The notes under the pieces are model-generated. The model was not told where the DNA came from. It saw nothing but the letters and a program-made list of their open reading frames with translations, and did not search any database. This document shows positions 39,025 through 48,285 of a stretch of 64,000 nt of DNA, one piece after another. Made by a program: the position numbers and the translations under genes. Origin of the DNA: Polyangiaceae bacterium (GTDB taxonomy: Bacteria > Myxococcota_A > Polyangia > Polyangiales > Polyangiaceae); contig JBILLK010000007.1 in assembly GCA_044376115.1 (NCBI GenBank), positions 224,001 through 288,000 on the forward strand, written 5' to 3'. Position 1 is the first letter of the stretch. Every line of letters begins with the position of its first letter.

Positions 39025-40767
39025 GTGAGCTTGCGTATCCTTTTGCTCGTTACCGCGTTGCTGGTGAGTCTTGCGGGCTGTCGCTCGGACTTGCTGTGGG
39101 TTCCTGACAACGACGGGGGAGGCGGCACAACGCCCTGTTCGGAGTGCGACAACGGCTGCTGTGACGAGTCGGGATGCCAACTCGGCACGAGCAACACCGC
39201 CTGTGGACTCGATGGCCAAGCGTGCGTGGATTGCAGCGCGGACGGCCAGGTCTGCAACCCGGCCTCGGGCGAGTGCAACGCCGCTTGCGTTTGTGGCAAC
39301 GCAGTCTGTGAGGCGGCAAATTGCGGCGAGGACTCAGCCGTATGCCCCGCCGACTGTACGCCCTGCGAAAATAGCTCCTGCGGAGATGGCGTGTGTAACT
39401 CTCCTTGTGGAGAGACCCCCCCGAGCTGTCCCGTCGATTGCGGCAGCCAGTGCCTCTGCGGTGACAGCTTCTGCGACCCCAGCTGTGAAAACGGCGCCGT
39501 GTGCCCCGAAGACTGCGGCTGCTTCCAGTGCGGCGACTTTTTCTGTGATCCAGGCTGCGGGGAAGACAGCTCCAATTGTCCGAACGACTGCGGCGGCTGT
39601 GAGTGTGGTGACTTCTTCTGCGACCCTGAGTGTGGAGAGTCCGGCTTTAACTGCCCCAGCGATTGCGGCTGTTTCAACTGCGGCGACTTCTTCTGTGATC
39701 AGGGTTGCGGCGAGAGCCAGTTCAATTGCCCGAACGATTGCGGTAGCTGCTTCGCCTGCGGGGACTTCTTCTGCGACTTCAAATGTGGCGAGAGCTCGTT
39801 CAACTGCCCGACCGACTGCGGCAGCCAGTGCGTGTGCGGCGACTTCTTCTGCGACCAGGCGTGCGGTGAGAGCCAGTTCAATTGCCCGAATGATTGCGGC
39901 AGTGACTGCGTCTGCGGCGACTTCTTCTGCAATCAGGCCTGCGGCGAGAGTCAGTTCAACTGCCCGAACGATTGCGGCAGCCAATGCGTGTGTGGCGACT
40001 TCTTCTGCAACCAGGCGTGCGGCGAGAGCCAGTTCAACTGTCCGAATGATTGCGGCAGTCAATGCGTGTGCGGCGACTTCCTGTGCAACCCCAACTGCGG
40101 CGAGAACCAATTCAGCTGCCCGCAAGACTGCGGCGGTCAGTGCTTCTGCGGGGACGCGTTTTGCAACAGCGCCTGCGGTGAAAACCAGTTTGGTTGCCCA
40201 CAGGACTGTGGCGGCTGTGTATGCGGTGATTTCTTCTGTAACAGCGCGTGCGGTGAGAGCCAGTTCAGCTGCCCCAATGATTGTGGCGGCTGTGTGTGCG
40301 GGGACTTCGTCTGCAACAGCGCGTGCGGTGAGAGCCAGTTCAATTGCCCCAATGATTGCGGCGGCTGTGTGTGCGGGGATTTCGTCTGCAACAGCGCGTG
40401 CGGTGAGAGCCAGTTCACCTGCCCCAATGATTGCGGCGGCTGCTTCTGTGGGGATGGGCTTTGCAACGCCGCTTGTGGAGAGACGTCATTCAGCTGCCCG
40501 TTCGACTGCGCGGCGCCTGCATGCGCTCACGACAAGTGCCTCCAGGGCACGTTGCTCAACGCAGCTTGTGACCCATGTGTGAACGCGATCTGTCAGGCGG
40601 ATCCGTTCTGCTGTCAGAGCTCCTGGGACAGCCTCTGCGTTAACGAGGTCCAGAGCGTCTGCGGGATCTCCTGCGCGCTCCCGTGTGTCTGCGGAAACGG
40701 CAGTTGCCAAACCTCGTGTGGTGAAAGTCCGCAGTTCTGCCCGACCGATTGCGCGTTCCAGCCCTGA
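39025..40767 (+). CDS. Extremely Cys-rich repeat lipoprotein
   Basis: GGAGG RBS, GTG start, LAGC lipobox; 17 copies of CxCGDxxCxxxCGExxxxCPxDC. Confidence 0.85.
   Translation: MSLRILLLVTALLVSLAGCRSDLLWVPDNDGGGGTTPCSECDNGCCDESGCQLGTSNTACGLDGQACVDCSADGQVCNPASGECNAACVCGNAVCEAANCGEDSAVCPADCTPCENSSCGDGVCNSPCGETPPSCPVDCGSQCLCGDSFCDPSCENGAVCPEDCGCFQCGDFFCDPGCGEDSSNCPNDCGGCECGDFFCDPECGESGFNCPSDCGCFNCGDFFCDQGCGESQFNCPNDCGSCFACGDFFCDFKCGESSFNCPTDCGSQCVCGDFFCDQACGESQFNCPNDCGSDCVCGDFFCNQACGESQFNCPNDCGSQCVCGDFFCNQACGESQFNCPNDCGSQCVCGDFLCNPNCGENQFSCPQDCGGQCFCGDAFCNSACGENQFGCPQDCGGCVCGDFFCNSACGESQFSCPNDCGGCVCGDFVCNSACGESQFNCPNDCGGCVCGDFVCNSACGESQFTCPNDCGGCFCGDGLCNAACGETSFSCPFDCAAPACAHDKCLQGTLLNAACDPCVNAICQADPFCCQSSWDSLCVNEVQSVCGISCALPCVCGNGSCQTSCGESPQFCPTDCAFQP
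39286..40509 (+). repeat. Degenerate coding tandem repeat (16 units of about 72-78 bp)
   Basis: TGCGGCGACTTCTTCTGC...TGCGGCGAGAGCCAGTTCAAYTGCCCGAAYGATTGC recurs. Confidence 0.9.
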
Positions 40768-40775
40768 TCCAGCGG

Positions 40776-41645
40776 TTAGCGAGCGCCGTCTCGTTCGAGT
40801 ACGGCGCTGGCGAAGCCATCGGCAATCAACCGCGCGTGTGAGCCGTGGGCGAGCGCGTCGGTGGCGCGCCGCAGCGAATGCACGGCGCTCTGCAGACTTT
40901 CACGCGCGATCGCACGCAGCGCGAGCGTTCTGCCGATGGGGTAGGAGACCAGGGCCAAGGTCGGCGCTGACCACGCGAAGGGCGGCGTGGCGCGGGTGAG
41001 GGTGGCCAAATCCGAGAGCGGCGAAAGCGCCAGCCACGCCCGTAGGGCTTCTGCAAAGTGTTGCGCCGATAGCGCCTTGAGCCCCTCCGCCATACTTCCG
41101 AGCGAGACCGTTGTTCGGTCCTCAGTCACCCGCCGCAGGTCTTTCCAAAGGAAGAGTCGCTTCGGCGGAACCTCCCCGCGGAAGTTCGAGCTCGTCACCC
41201 GATTGCGCACCGTCATGTCGGTGCGACAGGCCTTCTGCGCGCGGCTAAAGGCTGCATGCCGAGTCAGCACTTCCAATGTCGTCAGCGGCGGAGGAATCGC
41301 CTGGAGGAGGGTTTGGGTCGCGGTTAGTAGCTTGTGGTGCCGCCCACGCGTGAGGGGACCCGACAGGAGGTGATTGGTGCTCTGCAGCAGATCGTTGAGA
41401 GCGGCCGCGAGGGCGAACTCAGCGGCGCTGATCGGCGGTAAGAAGTCGAGCGGTGCGACCTGCCGAACCACGCGAATGCGCGCTACATCCATGCGTGAGC
41501 GCACCTCGTCATCAGGCACGCTGCGACCCACTCCGATGCTCAGCGCAAGCGCTGGGCCGAACGGCTTCACCAGGCGCATCGGCCCGCCCAGGATCAGCGG
41601 CGCCAGCACGCCCTTGGTGAGGTCGTCGAGGCGTGAGGCGTCCAC
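40776..41645 (-). CDS. Hypothetical protein
   Basis: 289 aa ORF; start directly abuts upstream stop at 41646. Confidence 0.7.
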   Translation of the reverse strand: MDASRLDDLTKGVLAPLILGGPMRLVKPFGPALALSIGVGRSVPDDEVRSRMDVARIRVVRQVAPLDFLPPISAAEFALAAALNDLLQSTNHLLSGPLTRGRHHKLLTATQTLLQAIPPPLTTLEVLTRHAAFSRAQKACRTDMTVRNRVTSSNFRGEVPPKRLFLWKDLRRVTEDRTTVSLGSMAEGLKALSAQHFAEALRAWLALSPLSDLATLTRATPPFAWSAPTLALVSYPIGRTLALRAIARESLQSAVHSLRRATDALAHGSHARLIADGFASAVLERDGAR

Positions 41646-43145
41646 TCAGGACCCCGCAGGTGGAAGGGCGGGAGGCACAGGCTGCGCGATGTCTCCGAGA
41701 GGGCGGAAGCCTGGTGACTCGAACACCAACGTGGGCACCTCGGTGACTAGCGCTGGCTCCAGCTCTGCCGCTGGCAACAAGGCCCAAGTCTGGGCTTCCA
41801 ACAGGCCCGTCTCGAGCGGCACGAAGTGGGCGGTCTCGATCCCGATCACGCGTGAATCACGCATCACGAACAAAGAAAGCCCAGCCGGCGCGCCGAGGCT
41901 CCTCAGCAGCACCTCGGACGAGACCGCAGGAATGGCGTCATAGCCCGCAGGCAAATAGAGCTTGGGGCCCGCCTCGCGGAACATCTCGCCCACCGGAATC
42001 GCCTCGATCCCCGACTCGAGAGACAGGAAGGCTCCGTACTTGGTGAACGCGACACGGGCGCGCCGCAGGGTGTCCGCGCCCAGCGAGTAGGCGATTCGGC
42101 GCAGCAGCGGCAGCTCCTCGGGGCGAATCCAGGACGCACACACGTTGCGGAAGGGATCCGTCGTTGGGGTGAGCCGCAACGTGAGCGCTACCCCTCCACC
42201 TTGCGCCGGGACGTTGGTGGCGAGCCGCTCTACGCCCTCGTTGCGGAACTCCACCCGGGCAAAGCTCGCAACTGGCCCGAGCGCCGGCAGCCGCTCCAGC
42301 ACCAAGGGATCCACGGTGCCGCGAAAGAACACCATGCTGCCCGCCGGCCAAACTGGGCACGAGCGCAACTCCACGGGGTGACGGTAGCCAAGCTCGACCG
42401 AGGCGGTGGGGCTCACCGATTGATAGACCGTGATCCCGGGGGTGTTGAGCAAGAGCGGCAACATTCGTTCGGGCAGCGCATTCGTGCGGAACAGGTAGCG
42501 CGCGATCGGTGCATCGTCGAAGCTCGACTCCGGTGGCCACTCGGCGAGGCCCACGTCTGCCTCGACGGATGACCGGGTGAAGTACGCAATCAACGAGGGA
42601 CCAAGGCCCTTTTCCGCCGTGATCCATTTGGTACCAGGGGCGTGCCGGGTCTTCGGGTCGAGGTGCAACCCGAGCCGCAGCAAGAGTTTGCCTAGCGCCA
42701 AGCTCCTTTCGATCGCGTAGTCCTGCGAAAATGCGTTGTGGTAGAGGGCGTAGGAGCCATCCGTAGTCAAGAGCTCGGAGGCGTCATAGCCAAACGGTGC
42801 GGCTGCGTCCCGGTACTGGACGAAGTGCCGGCTCGTCCCGGTGAAGGTAAAACCACCGGCCAAACGCGCGATTTCGGCGATTGCGTCGAGTCGGGCGCTC
42901 GAGTCCGAAGCGAAGGTCAGTACGACCTCACGTGCGCCCAACTTGCTTCGAACGAGCTCCACCGTGAGCGACCGCAACAGGTCCTCGAGCGAGCGTTCTG
43001 CCGTGAACAGCGCGAGGAAGGTGACCAAACGGTCCAAGCTCGGCAGCAGGAGCAGCCCTTTGCTGCCCAGCGCCACGCCTTTGGTGTCGATGCCCAGCCC
43101 CGGCGTGCGAAGACGCGTTTGATTGAGAGCGACGCGGAGCAGCAT
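41646..43145 (-). CDS. Hypothetical protein, possibly related to ternary conflict-system accessory domains
   Basis: 499 aa cytoplasmic ORF; LPERMLPLL..TPG...VELGYRHP segment; family link is recall only. Confidence 0.65.
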   Translation of the reverse strand: MLLRVALNQTRLRTPGLGIDTKGVALGSKGLLLLPSLDRLVTFLALFTAERSLEDLLRSLTVELVRSKLGAREVVLTFASDSSARLDAIAEIARLAGGFTFTGTSRHFVQYRDAAAPFGYDASELLTTDGSYALYHNAFSQDYAIERSLALGKLLLRLGLHLDPKTRHAPGTKWITAEKGLGPSLIAYFTRSSVEADVGLAEWPPESSFDDAPIARYLFRTNALPERMLPLLLNTPGITVYQSVSPTASVELGYRHPVELRSCPVWPAGSMVFFRGTVDPLVLERLPALGPVASFARVEFRNEGVERLATNVPAQGGGVALTLRLTPTTDPFRNVCASWIRPEELPLLRRIAYSLGADTLRRARVAFTKYGAFLSLESGIEAIPVGEMFREAGPKLYLPAGYDAIPAVSSEVLLRSLGAPAGLSLFVMRDSRVIGIETAHFVPLETGLLEAQTWALLPAAELEPALVTEVPTLVFESPGFRPLGDIAQPVPPALPPAGS

Positions 43146-43212
43146 GGCAGGGTCGTGAAGCTAGCGTGAAGAGGCGCGATCTTCTAGCCTCGCGTCTTGG
43201 TGGAGATGAAGC

Positions 43213-46200
43213 GTGGAGGCTGAGGCACGCAGTTGGCTCGAAGGACGCTTTGAGCTAGGGCGCGAGATCGGGCGTGGCGCCGCGGGGGTCGTGTACCAAG
43301 CCAACGACCGCGCGGCGGGCTCGCAAGAGGCGCGCGTTGCTCTCAAGTTGATCGACGCTTGCGACGATCCCGAGGAGCAAGCTCGCTTCCTCAAGGAAGG
43401 CGAGGTGCTCGCGGGCCTCTCCCATCCTGGCATCGTCAAGGTCGTGGCCTACGGAACGCTCGAGCGTCCGTTCGATGGGCCGAGCCAGCATTTTCGGGAG
43501 GGCGCCACCTACGTGGCGATGGAGTGGCTCGACGGCGAGGACTTGGCGCTCCGTCAGCGGCGCTCGCCGCTCACCCTGAAGGAGATCGTCGAGGTTGGGC
43601 GCCAGATCGCCGATGCGCTGGCCTCGGCCCATGCCGCATCGGTGGTTCACCGCGATATCAAGCCTTCAAACATCTTTCTGATCTACCCGCGCAGTCGCTC
43701 CAGTGAGGCCGGCTACGGCACGTTGCGCGGCGGTTCGGTGGACGACGGCAAGCCGGAGCCGGAGGCGCACACGGTGCAAACTCTGGTCGCAAAGATCCTC
43801 GATTTCGGCGTGGCAGCCGCTGGAGATCACGGTAGCGCCGGGGCCGGTGCGATCATTGGTACGCCGGCGTACATGTCCCCCGAGCAAGCGCAGGGCAACT
43901 CGGAGCCGGACGTACGCAGCGACCTCTATTCGCTTGGCGCCACGCTGTTTGAGCTGTGCACTGGTCGTCCTCCGCATGTCGGGCCAACCTCGATCGCCAC
44001 GCTTGCGCGTCGCGTCGCCGAGCCCGCCCCTCGACTTGCCGACATGTGCTTGGACATCCCCGAGCGCTTCGACGATCTGATCAGCCGGCTGCTCGAGATC
44101 GAAGCGGAGGCTCGTCCTTCCTCGGCAAAAGAGGTCGCTGACGCGCTCGCCGACTTTACGCGTGATCCAGCCTTCGACCGAGTTGGCCGGCCCATGCTGC
44201 GCGAGGCCGCGACCCGCGCCCGCGTCGGCACTCGTTTGGTGACCACGCTGGTTGCCCTGGGCGTGGCGAAGGGCGAGGCAAGGCGCGCACTGATCGCCGA
44301 GGTCCGCAAGCTGGGAGCCGACGCTTTGCCGCTGGGTGCTGATTCGCTGGTGGCCCATCTCGGCGCGAGGCAGGCCCACGGTGATGAGGCCACGCGAGCG
44401 TTCGAACTCGGGCAGGAGCTGGCCAGCCGCGGCGCCAAGGTCGGAATCGCGACCGGCCGCACACACGTGGACCTCACCCGATCGAGCGGGGAGATCGTCG
44501 ATCGCGCAGCCAAGCTCGCCCGTGAAGCCGCGGATGGGCGCGTGAACTTCGATCTGACCACCGGCGAACTTTCGCGTGGGCGCGCCGAGTTCGACGTGCT
44601 TTCGGCAGGGGTCAGTGGCGTCATGCCGCTCACCACGCGGCGTCGGCCCGACTCGGAGAACTCGAGCTTCGTTGGTCGGGAAGGGGAGCTGTTCACCGCG
44701 CTCAACGCCTATGACCGCGCCGTCGACGACCGGATGCCGATCGTGGTTTCGACCTCCGGTCCGCCCGGGATCGGCAAAACGCGGCTCGGCCAAGAGATCT
44801 TGAGCCGACTCGAACGCCATGCGTCGCCGCCGCGGGTAATGCTCGTTCGCTGTGAGAGCTACTCGCGCTCCCAAGTCTTGGGCACCGCCTGCGACGCCTT
44901 GCGCTCCTTGCTGATGTTGCCGCGGGGCGCTTCGCTCGAGGCCGCGCAGGCGGCGATCGCGGCGGCCTACACGTCGCGTACCTACGCCAGCGAGATGGGG
45001 CTGCTCGCGCATCTCCTATCGAACACGGTCTTTCCCGAGGGCGTCGATCCACGCGCGCTGCGTGACGCGCTCTACGTCGCGATGACCGAACTCGTGCTCG
45101 AAACGGTCACCAAGCTGCCTTGCGCGATCGTGATCGAAGACGCCCAATGGGCCGACCCGGAGTCGATTGCTTGGGTGGACCATCTGCTCGGGCGCGCGCA
45201 TGGCCTCAGCCTTTTTGCGTTGCTGTTTGTCAGACCGCTGTTCTGGAAGAATCACCCGCAGCGTTTCTCCACTCGTGAGCACGTACGGATCGAACTCAAG
45301 CCGATGGCGAAGCGCGCAGTGCGCGAGATCGCTCGCTCGCTGCTCGGGGTCAACGCGACCGAAGCTCAGCTCGAAGAGGTCGCGCAGCAAGCCGCAGGCT
45401 CCCCGCTGTTCGCTGAGGAGCTGGCGCGGCTGGTTGCACAAGGCAAAGGGCTACGCGGCGCCGCGACGATCGAAGCAGCGATTCAGGTCACTCTGGATTC
45501 GCTCGATGACGCCGTTCGCGACGCGGTCGGTAGGTTATCCATCTTCGGTCAGGCGTGTTGGGACCACGGGCTGGAGTCTCTCTACGACCCGACGCGCAGC
45601 ATGATCGGCTTTCTGACCCCCGACGTGGCGTTGTCGCGGCTCGTCGCTGCAGACCTGCTGGTGGAGGTCGGCAAGCCGCGCTTCGCCGGGAATCGCGAGT
45701 ACATGTTCAAGCACGCGCTGATTCGCGATGTCGCCTACGCGATGGTGGGGGACGAGCTGAAGAAGCAGTACCACGCGCGCGCGGCCGGCTGGCTTGCTTC
45801 GGTGGGCGAAGGCGCAGCGACGATCGCAAGTCACTACGATCTTGGCGGCCGCAATGAAGAGGCCGCCGTGCACTGGGAGGCGGCCGCGCGGCAGGCGCTC
45901 GCCACCAATTCGTTGGTCGAGGCGGTGACCATGAGCGAACGCGCGCTCGCTTTCGCGGAGGATCGGCCCGTTGGTTTTGCGCGGGCCGCGCTGCTCGAAG
46001 AGGCCCATGCTCGGCTGGATGCTCGCGGCTCCGAGCGCGACACGGCGATCGCCGCGATGAAGGAGAACGTGTTCGACGAGGGCAGCGAGCTGCGCACCGA
46101 CGGCGCTCAGGCGCGCTACGACGATGCTCGCGCGCAAGGCGTCGACATCGCGGGGCGCTTACGTCGCGTCCGTGACCGCGCGCTCGTGATCAACCTTGTG

Positions 46201-47199
46201 GAAGAGGCTGCGCGCTGTTCGGCGACGCTGGCGTTGCGGCTCGCCTTCGGCGGGGATTTGCCTGCGGCGGAGGCGGAGGCGGAGGCCATCCTCGAGTTGT
46301 CGGAGAAGCACCACATCGACTGGGCGCCGGTTGACGCCTGGCAGACCTTGGCCGTGGTGCGGCAGACGCGAGGAGAACTCGCGGCGGCGCTCGAAGCGCG
46401 TAGAAATGCCGCGCGTTCGGCGCGCACTGCCGGCTTGATGGAGCGTGAGGCGACGCTCACGATGAACCTCGGTTTCGCCCTTTCGACGATCGGCGCGCGC
46501 AATGAAGCCCTGGTCGAGATCGAGACCGGGCTCGCTCGCGCCCACGCCATCGGCAGCCTCGGAGCCGTGCGACACGGGCAGATGAACCTGCTTTGTTGGG
46601 CGGCGACGTTTGGCGCCGATAACAGGATCTCCGCGCTGCTCGAGGAGCCGCGCGCCAAAGCCGACGAGGCCGCGCTCGGCGGTTACGTAATCCATGACCG
46701 AGCGACACTCGGTGTGTTGTTTTATCGCGCGGTCGAGCTACTGCGCGGGGACAGCGCCAATCTCGCTCGCGCGCGCGGGCTACTCGAGCGCGTTTCGCAG
46801 GCCTACCGCAACACCGGCAACCTCGACGTATTGCCGGCGAGCCTAGGCTTTTGGTCGGAGGCCGAGCGTCGTCTCGGTAGCGCCGATTCAGCGCGCGAGC
46901 TCGCGCGGGAGGCTGCAACCTTGCTCGATCGTGGGGCGCCCAGCCTGCTCAATGAGGCTCCTATCTACCTGGCGCTTCACGACGCTTGCGTCGACCTTGG
47001 AGATCTCGAAGGCGCACGCAAAGCGATCGAGAGCGGAATGCCCCGGCTCGTGCGGCGCATTACGGGGCTCGAAGCAACCCCGTATGCGCACGCCTTTCTT
47101 TCGGGCCTTCAACACAACGCTGGCCTGATCGCCGCCGCCGAGGCCTACGGCTTGGTGCCTGAACTCGTGGAACGGCACCTCGCGCGGCGCAGCAGCTAA
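43213..47199 (+). CDS. Ser/Thr kinase - degenerate cyclase - STAND/AAA ATPase - TPR protein
   Basis: IGRGAAG, VALK, HRDIKPSN, DFG, GTPAYMSPEQ; FVGREGE, GPPGIGKT, IEDAQWAD, GSPLFAEEL, FKHALIRD; helical repeats. Confidence 0.92.
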   Translation: MEAEARSWLEGRFELGREIGRGAAGVVYQANDRAAGSQEARVALKLIDACDDPEEQARFLKEGEVLAGLSHPGIVKVVAYGTLERPFDGPSQHFREGATYVAMEWLDGEDLALRQRRSPLTLKEIVEVGRQIADALASAHAASVVHRDIKPSNIFLIYPRSRSSEAGYGTLRGGSVDDGKPEPEAHTVQTLVAKILDFGVAAAGDHGSAGAGAIIGTPAYMSPEQAQGNSEPDVRSDLYSLGATLFELCTGRPPHVGPTSIATLARRVAEPAPRLADMCLDIPERFDDLISRLLEIEAEARPSSAKEVADALADFTRDPAFDRVGRPMLREAATRARVGTRLVTTLVALGVAKGEARRALIAEVRKLGADALPLGADSLVAHLGARQAHGDEATRAFELGQELASRGAKVGIATGRTHVDLTRSSGEIVDRAAKLAREAADGRVNFDLTTGELSRGRAEFDVLSAGVSGVMPLTTRRRPDSENSSFVGREGELFTALNAYDRAVDDRMPIVVSTSGPPGIGKTRLGQEILSRLERHASPPRVMLVRCESYSRSQVLGTACDALRSLLMLPRGASLEAAQAAIAAAYTSRTYASEMGLLAHLLSNTVFPEGVDPRALRDALYVAMTELVLETVTKLPCAIVIEDAQWADPESIAWVDHLLGRAHGLSLFALLFVRPLFWKNHPQRFSTREHVRIELKPMAKRAVREIARSLLGVNATEAQLEEVAQQAAGSPLFAEELARLVAQGKGLRGAATIEAAIQVTLDSLDDAVRDAVGRLSIFGQACWDHGLESLYDPTRSMIGFLTPDVALSRLVAADLLVEVGKPRFAGNREYMFKHALIRDVAYAMVGDELKKQYHARAAGWLASVGEGAATIASHYDLGGRNEEAAVHWEAAARQALATNSLVEAVTMSERALAFAEDRPVGFARAALLEEAHARLDARGSERDTAIAAMKENVFDEGSELRTDGAQARYDDARAQGVDIAGRLRRVRDRALVINLVEEAARCSATLALRLAFGGDLPAAEAEAEAILELSEKHHIDWAPVDAWQTLAVVRQTRGELAAALEARRNAARSARTAGLMEREATLTMNLGFALSTIGARNEALVEIETGLARAHAIGSLGAVRHGQMNLLCWAATFGADNRISALLEEPRAKADEAALGGYVIHDRATLGVLFYRAVELLRGDSANLARARGLLERVSQAYRNTGNLDVLPASLGFWSEAERRLGSADSARELAREAATLLDRGAPSLLNEAPIYLALHDACVDLGDLEGARKAIESGMPRLVRRITGLEATPYAHAFLSGLQHNAGLIAAAEAYGLVPELVERHLARRSS

Positions 47200-48221
47200 C
47201 CGCGCGGGTCGCGGTTTTGGAAGGCCACCATCCAACCCGGATACTCGGGCGGTAGGGCGCTTGCCTCATCAAGGGCCTTCAGCTCCTCTGCGCTCAACTT
47301 GAGCTCGGTGGCAGCCAGATTGTCGTCCAATTGCTGCTCGCTCTTGGCGCCGATGATCACGCTGGTGACGTGCGGCTTTTGCAACATCCAGGCGAGCGCG
47401 ACGCGCGCCACGCTGGTGTCATGCGCTGCCGCGACGGGCCGCAACGCACGCAAACAAGCTGCGGCTCGGCTGCGGTCGACCGGAGGAAAGTCGAAGCTCG
47501 CGCGGCGCGAGCCCTCGGGGCCTTTTTCGTCGGATTCGAGATCGAACTTGCCGCTGAGCAGCCCGCCAGCGAGCGGGCTCCACGGCAAAATGCCGAAGCC
47601 CTGATCGAGCGACACAGGCACTACCTCACGCTCGATATCGCGGCCTGCGATCGAGTAGTAGACCTGGGCGCTGACGAAGCGTGAGAGCCCGCGCGCGTCT
47701 TGCATCGCAGCCATCTTCATCGCCATCCACGCCGGGAGGTTCGACCAGCCGAGATAGCGAGCTTTGCCCGCGCGCACCACGGCGTCGAGTGCGTCCACCG
47801 TCTCCTCGAGCGGCGTCGTCGGATCCACGCCGTGGATCTGGAACAGGTCCACGTGGTCGAGCTGCAGGCGCTTCAAGCTCGCATCGATCGACGAGAGGAT
47901 GTGCGCGCGTGAAAGACCGACTTGGTTCGGTCCCGGCCCCATGCGGCCGCGGACTTTGGTGGCGATCACGACTTGGTCGCGAGGCCGCGCGAGCCGAGCC
48001 AGCGTCGTCCCCAGCAGCCGCTCACTCTCACCCTCCGAGTAGACGTTGGCCGTATCGAGGAAATTGACCCCTGCATCGAGCGCCCGGCCCACGATGCGGT
48101 CCACGGTCTCTTGGCCGAGTTCGCCAACCACCTTCCAAAAACCCTGGCCGCCAAAGGTCATCGTACCGAGGCAGATTTCCGAGACGTAGAGGCCAGATCG
48201 GCCGAGTGCGCGCAACTTCAT
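47196..48221 (-). CDS. Aldo/keto reductase
   Basis: LGTMTFG, DTANVYS.GESE, IATK, SLKRLQLDHVDLFQIH, WSPLAGG. Confidence 0.95.
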   Translation of the reverse strand: MKLRALGRSGLYVSEICLGTMTFGGQGFWKVVGELGQETVDRIVGRALDAGVNFLDTANVYSEGESERLLGTTLARLARPRDQVVIATKVRGRMGPGPNQVGLSRAHILSSIDASLKRLQLDHVDLFQIHGVDPTTPLEETVDALDAVVRAGKARYLGWSNLPAWMAMKMAAMQDARGLSRFVSAQVYYSIAGRDIEREVVPVSLDQGFGILPWSPLAGGLLSGKFDLESDEKGPEGSRRASFDFPPVDRSRAAACLRALRPVAAAHDTSVARVALAWMLQKPHVTSVIIGAKSEQQLDDNLAATELKLSAEELKALDEASALPPEYPGWMVAFQNRDPRG

Positions 48222-48285
48222 CGAGGGCTCCTTTGATTGAGTCGCGACTGTAGCAGAGCAACCTGCAGCAGCACGCGCTGGGCCC

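Noticed and set aside
38916..39677. N-terminal extension of the 1175-aa ORF with QKKSPH repeats
   Set aside because: Antisense reading of the Cys-rich repeat gene; the real FG-GAP gene starts near 38915 with a lipobox
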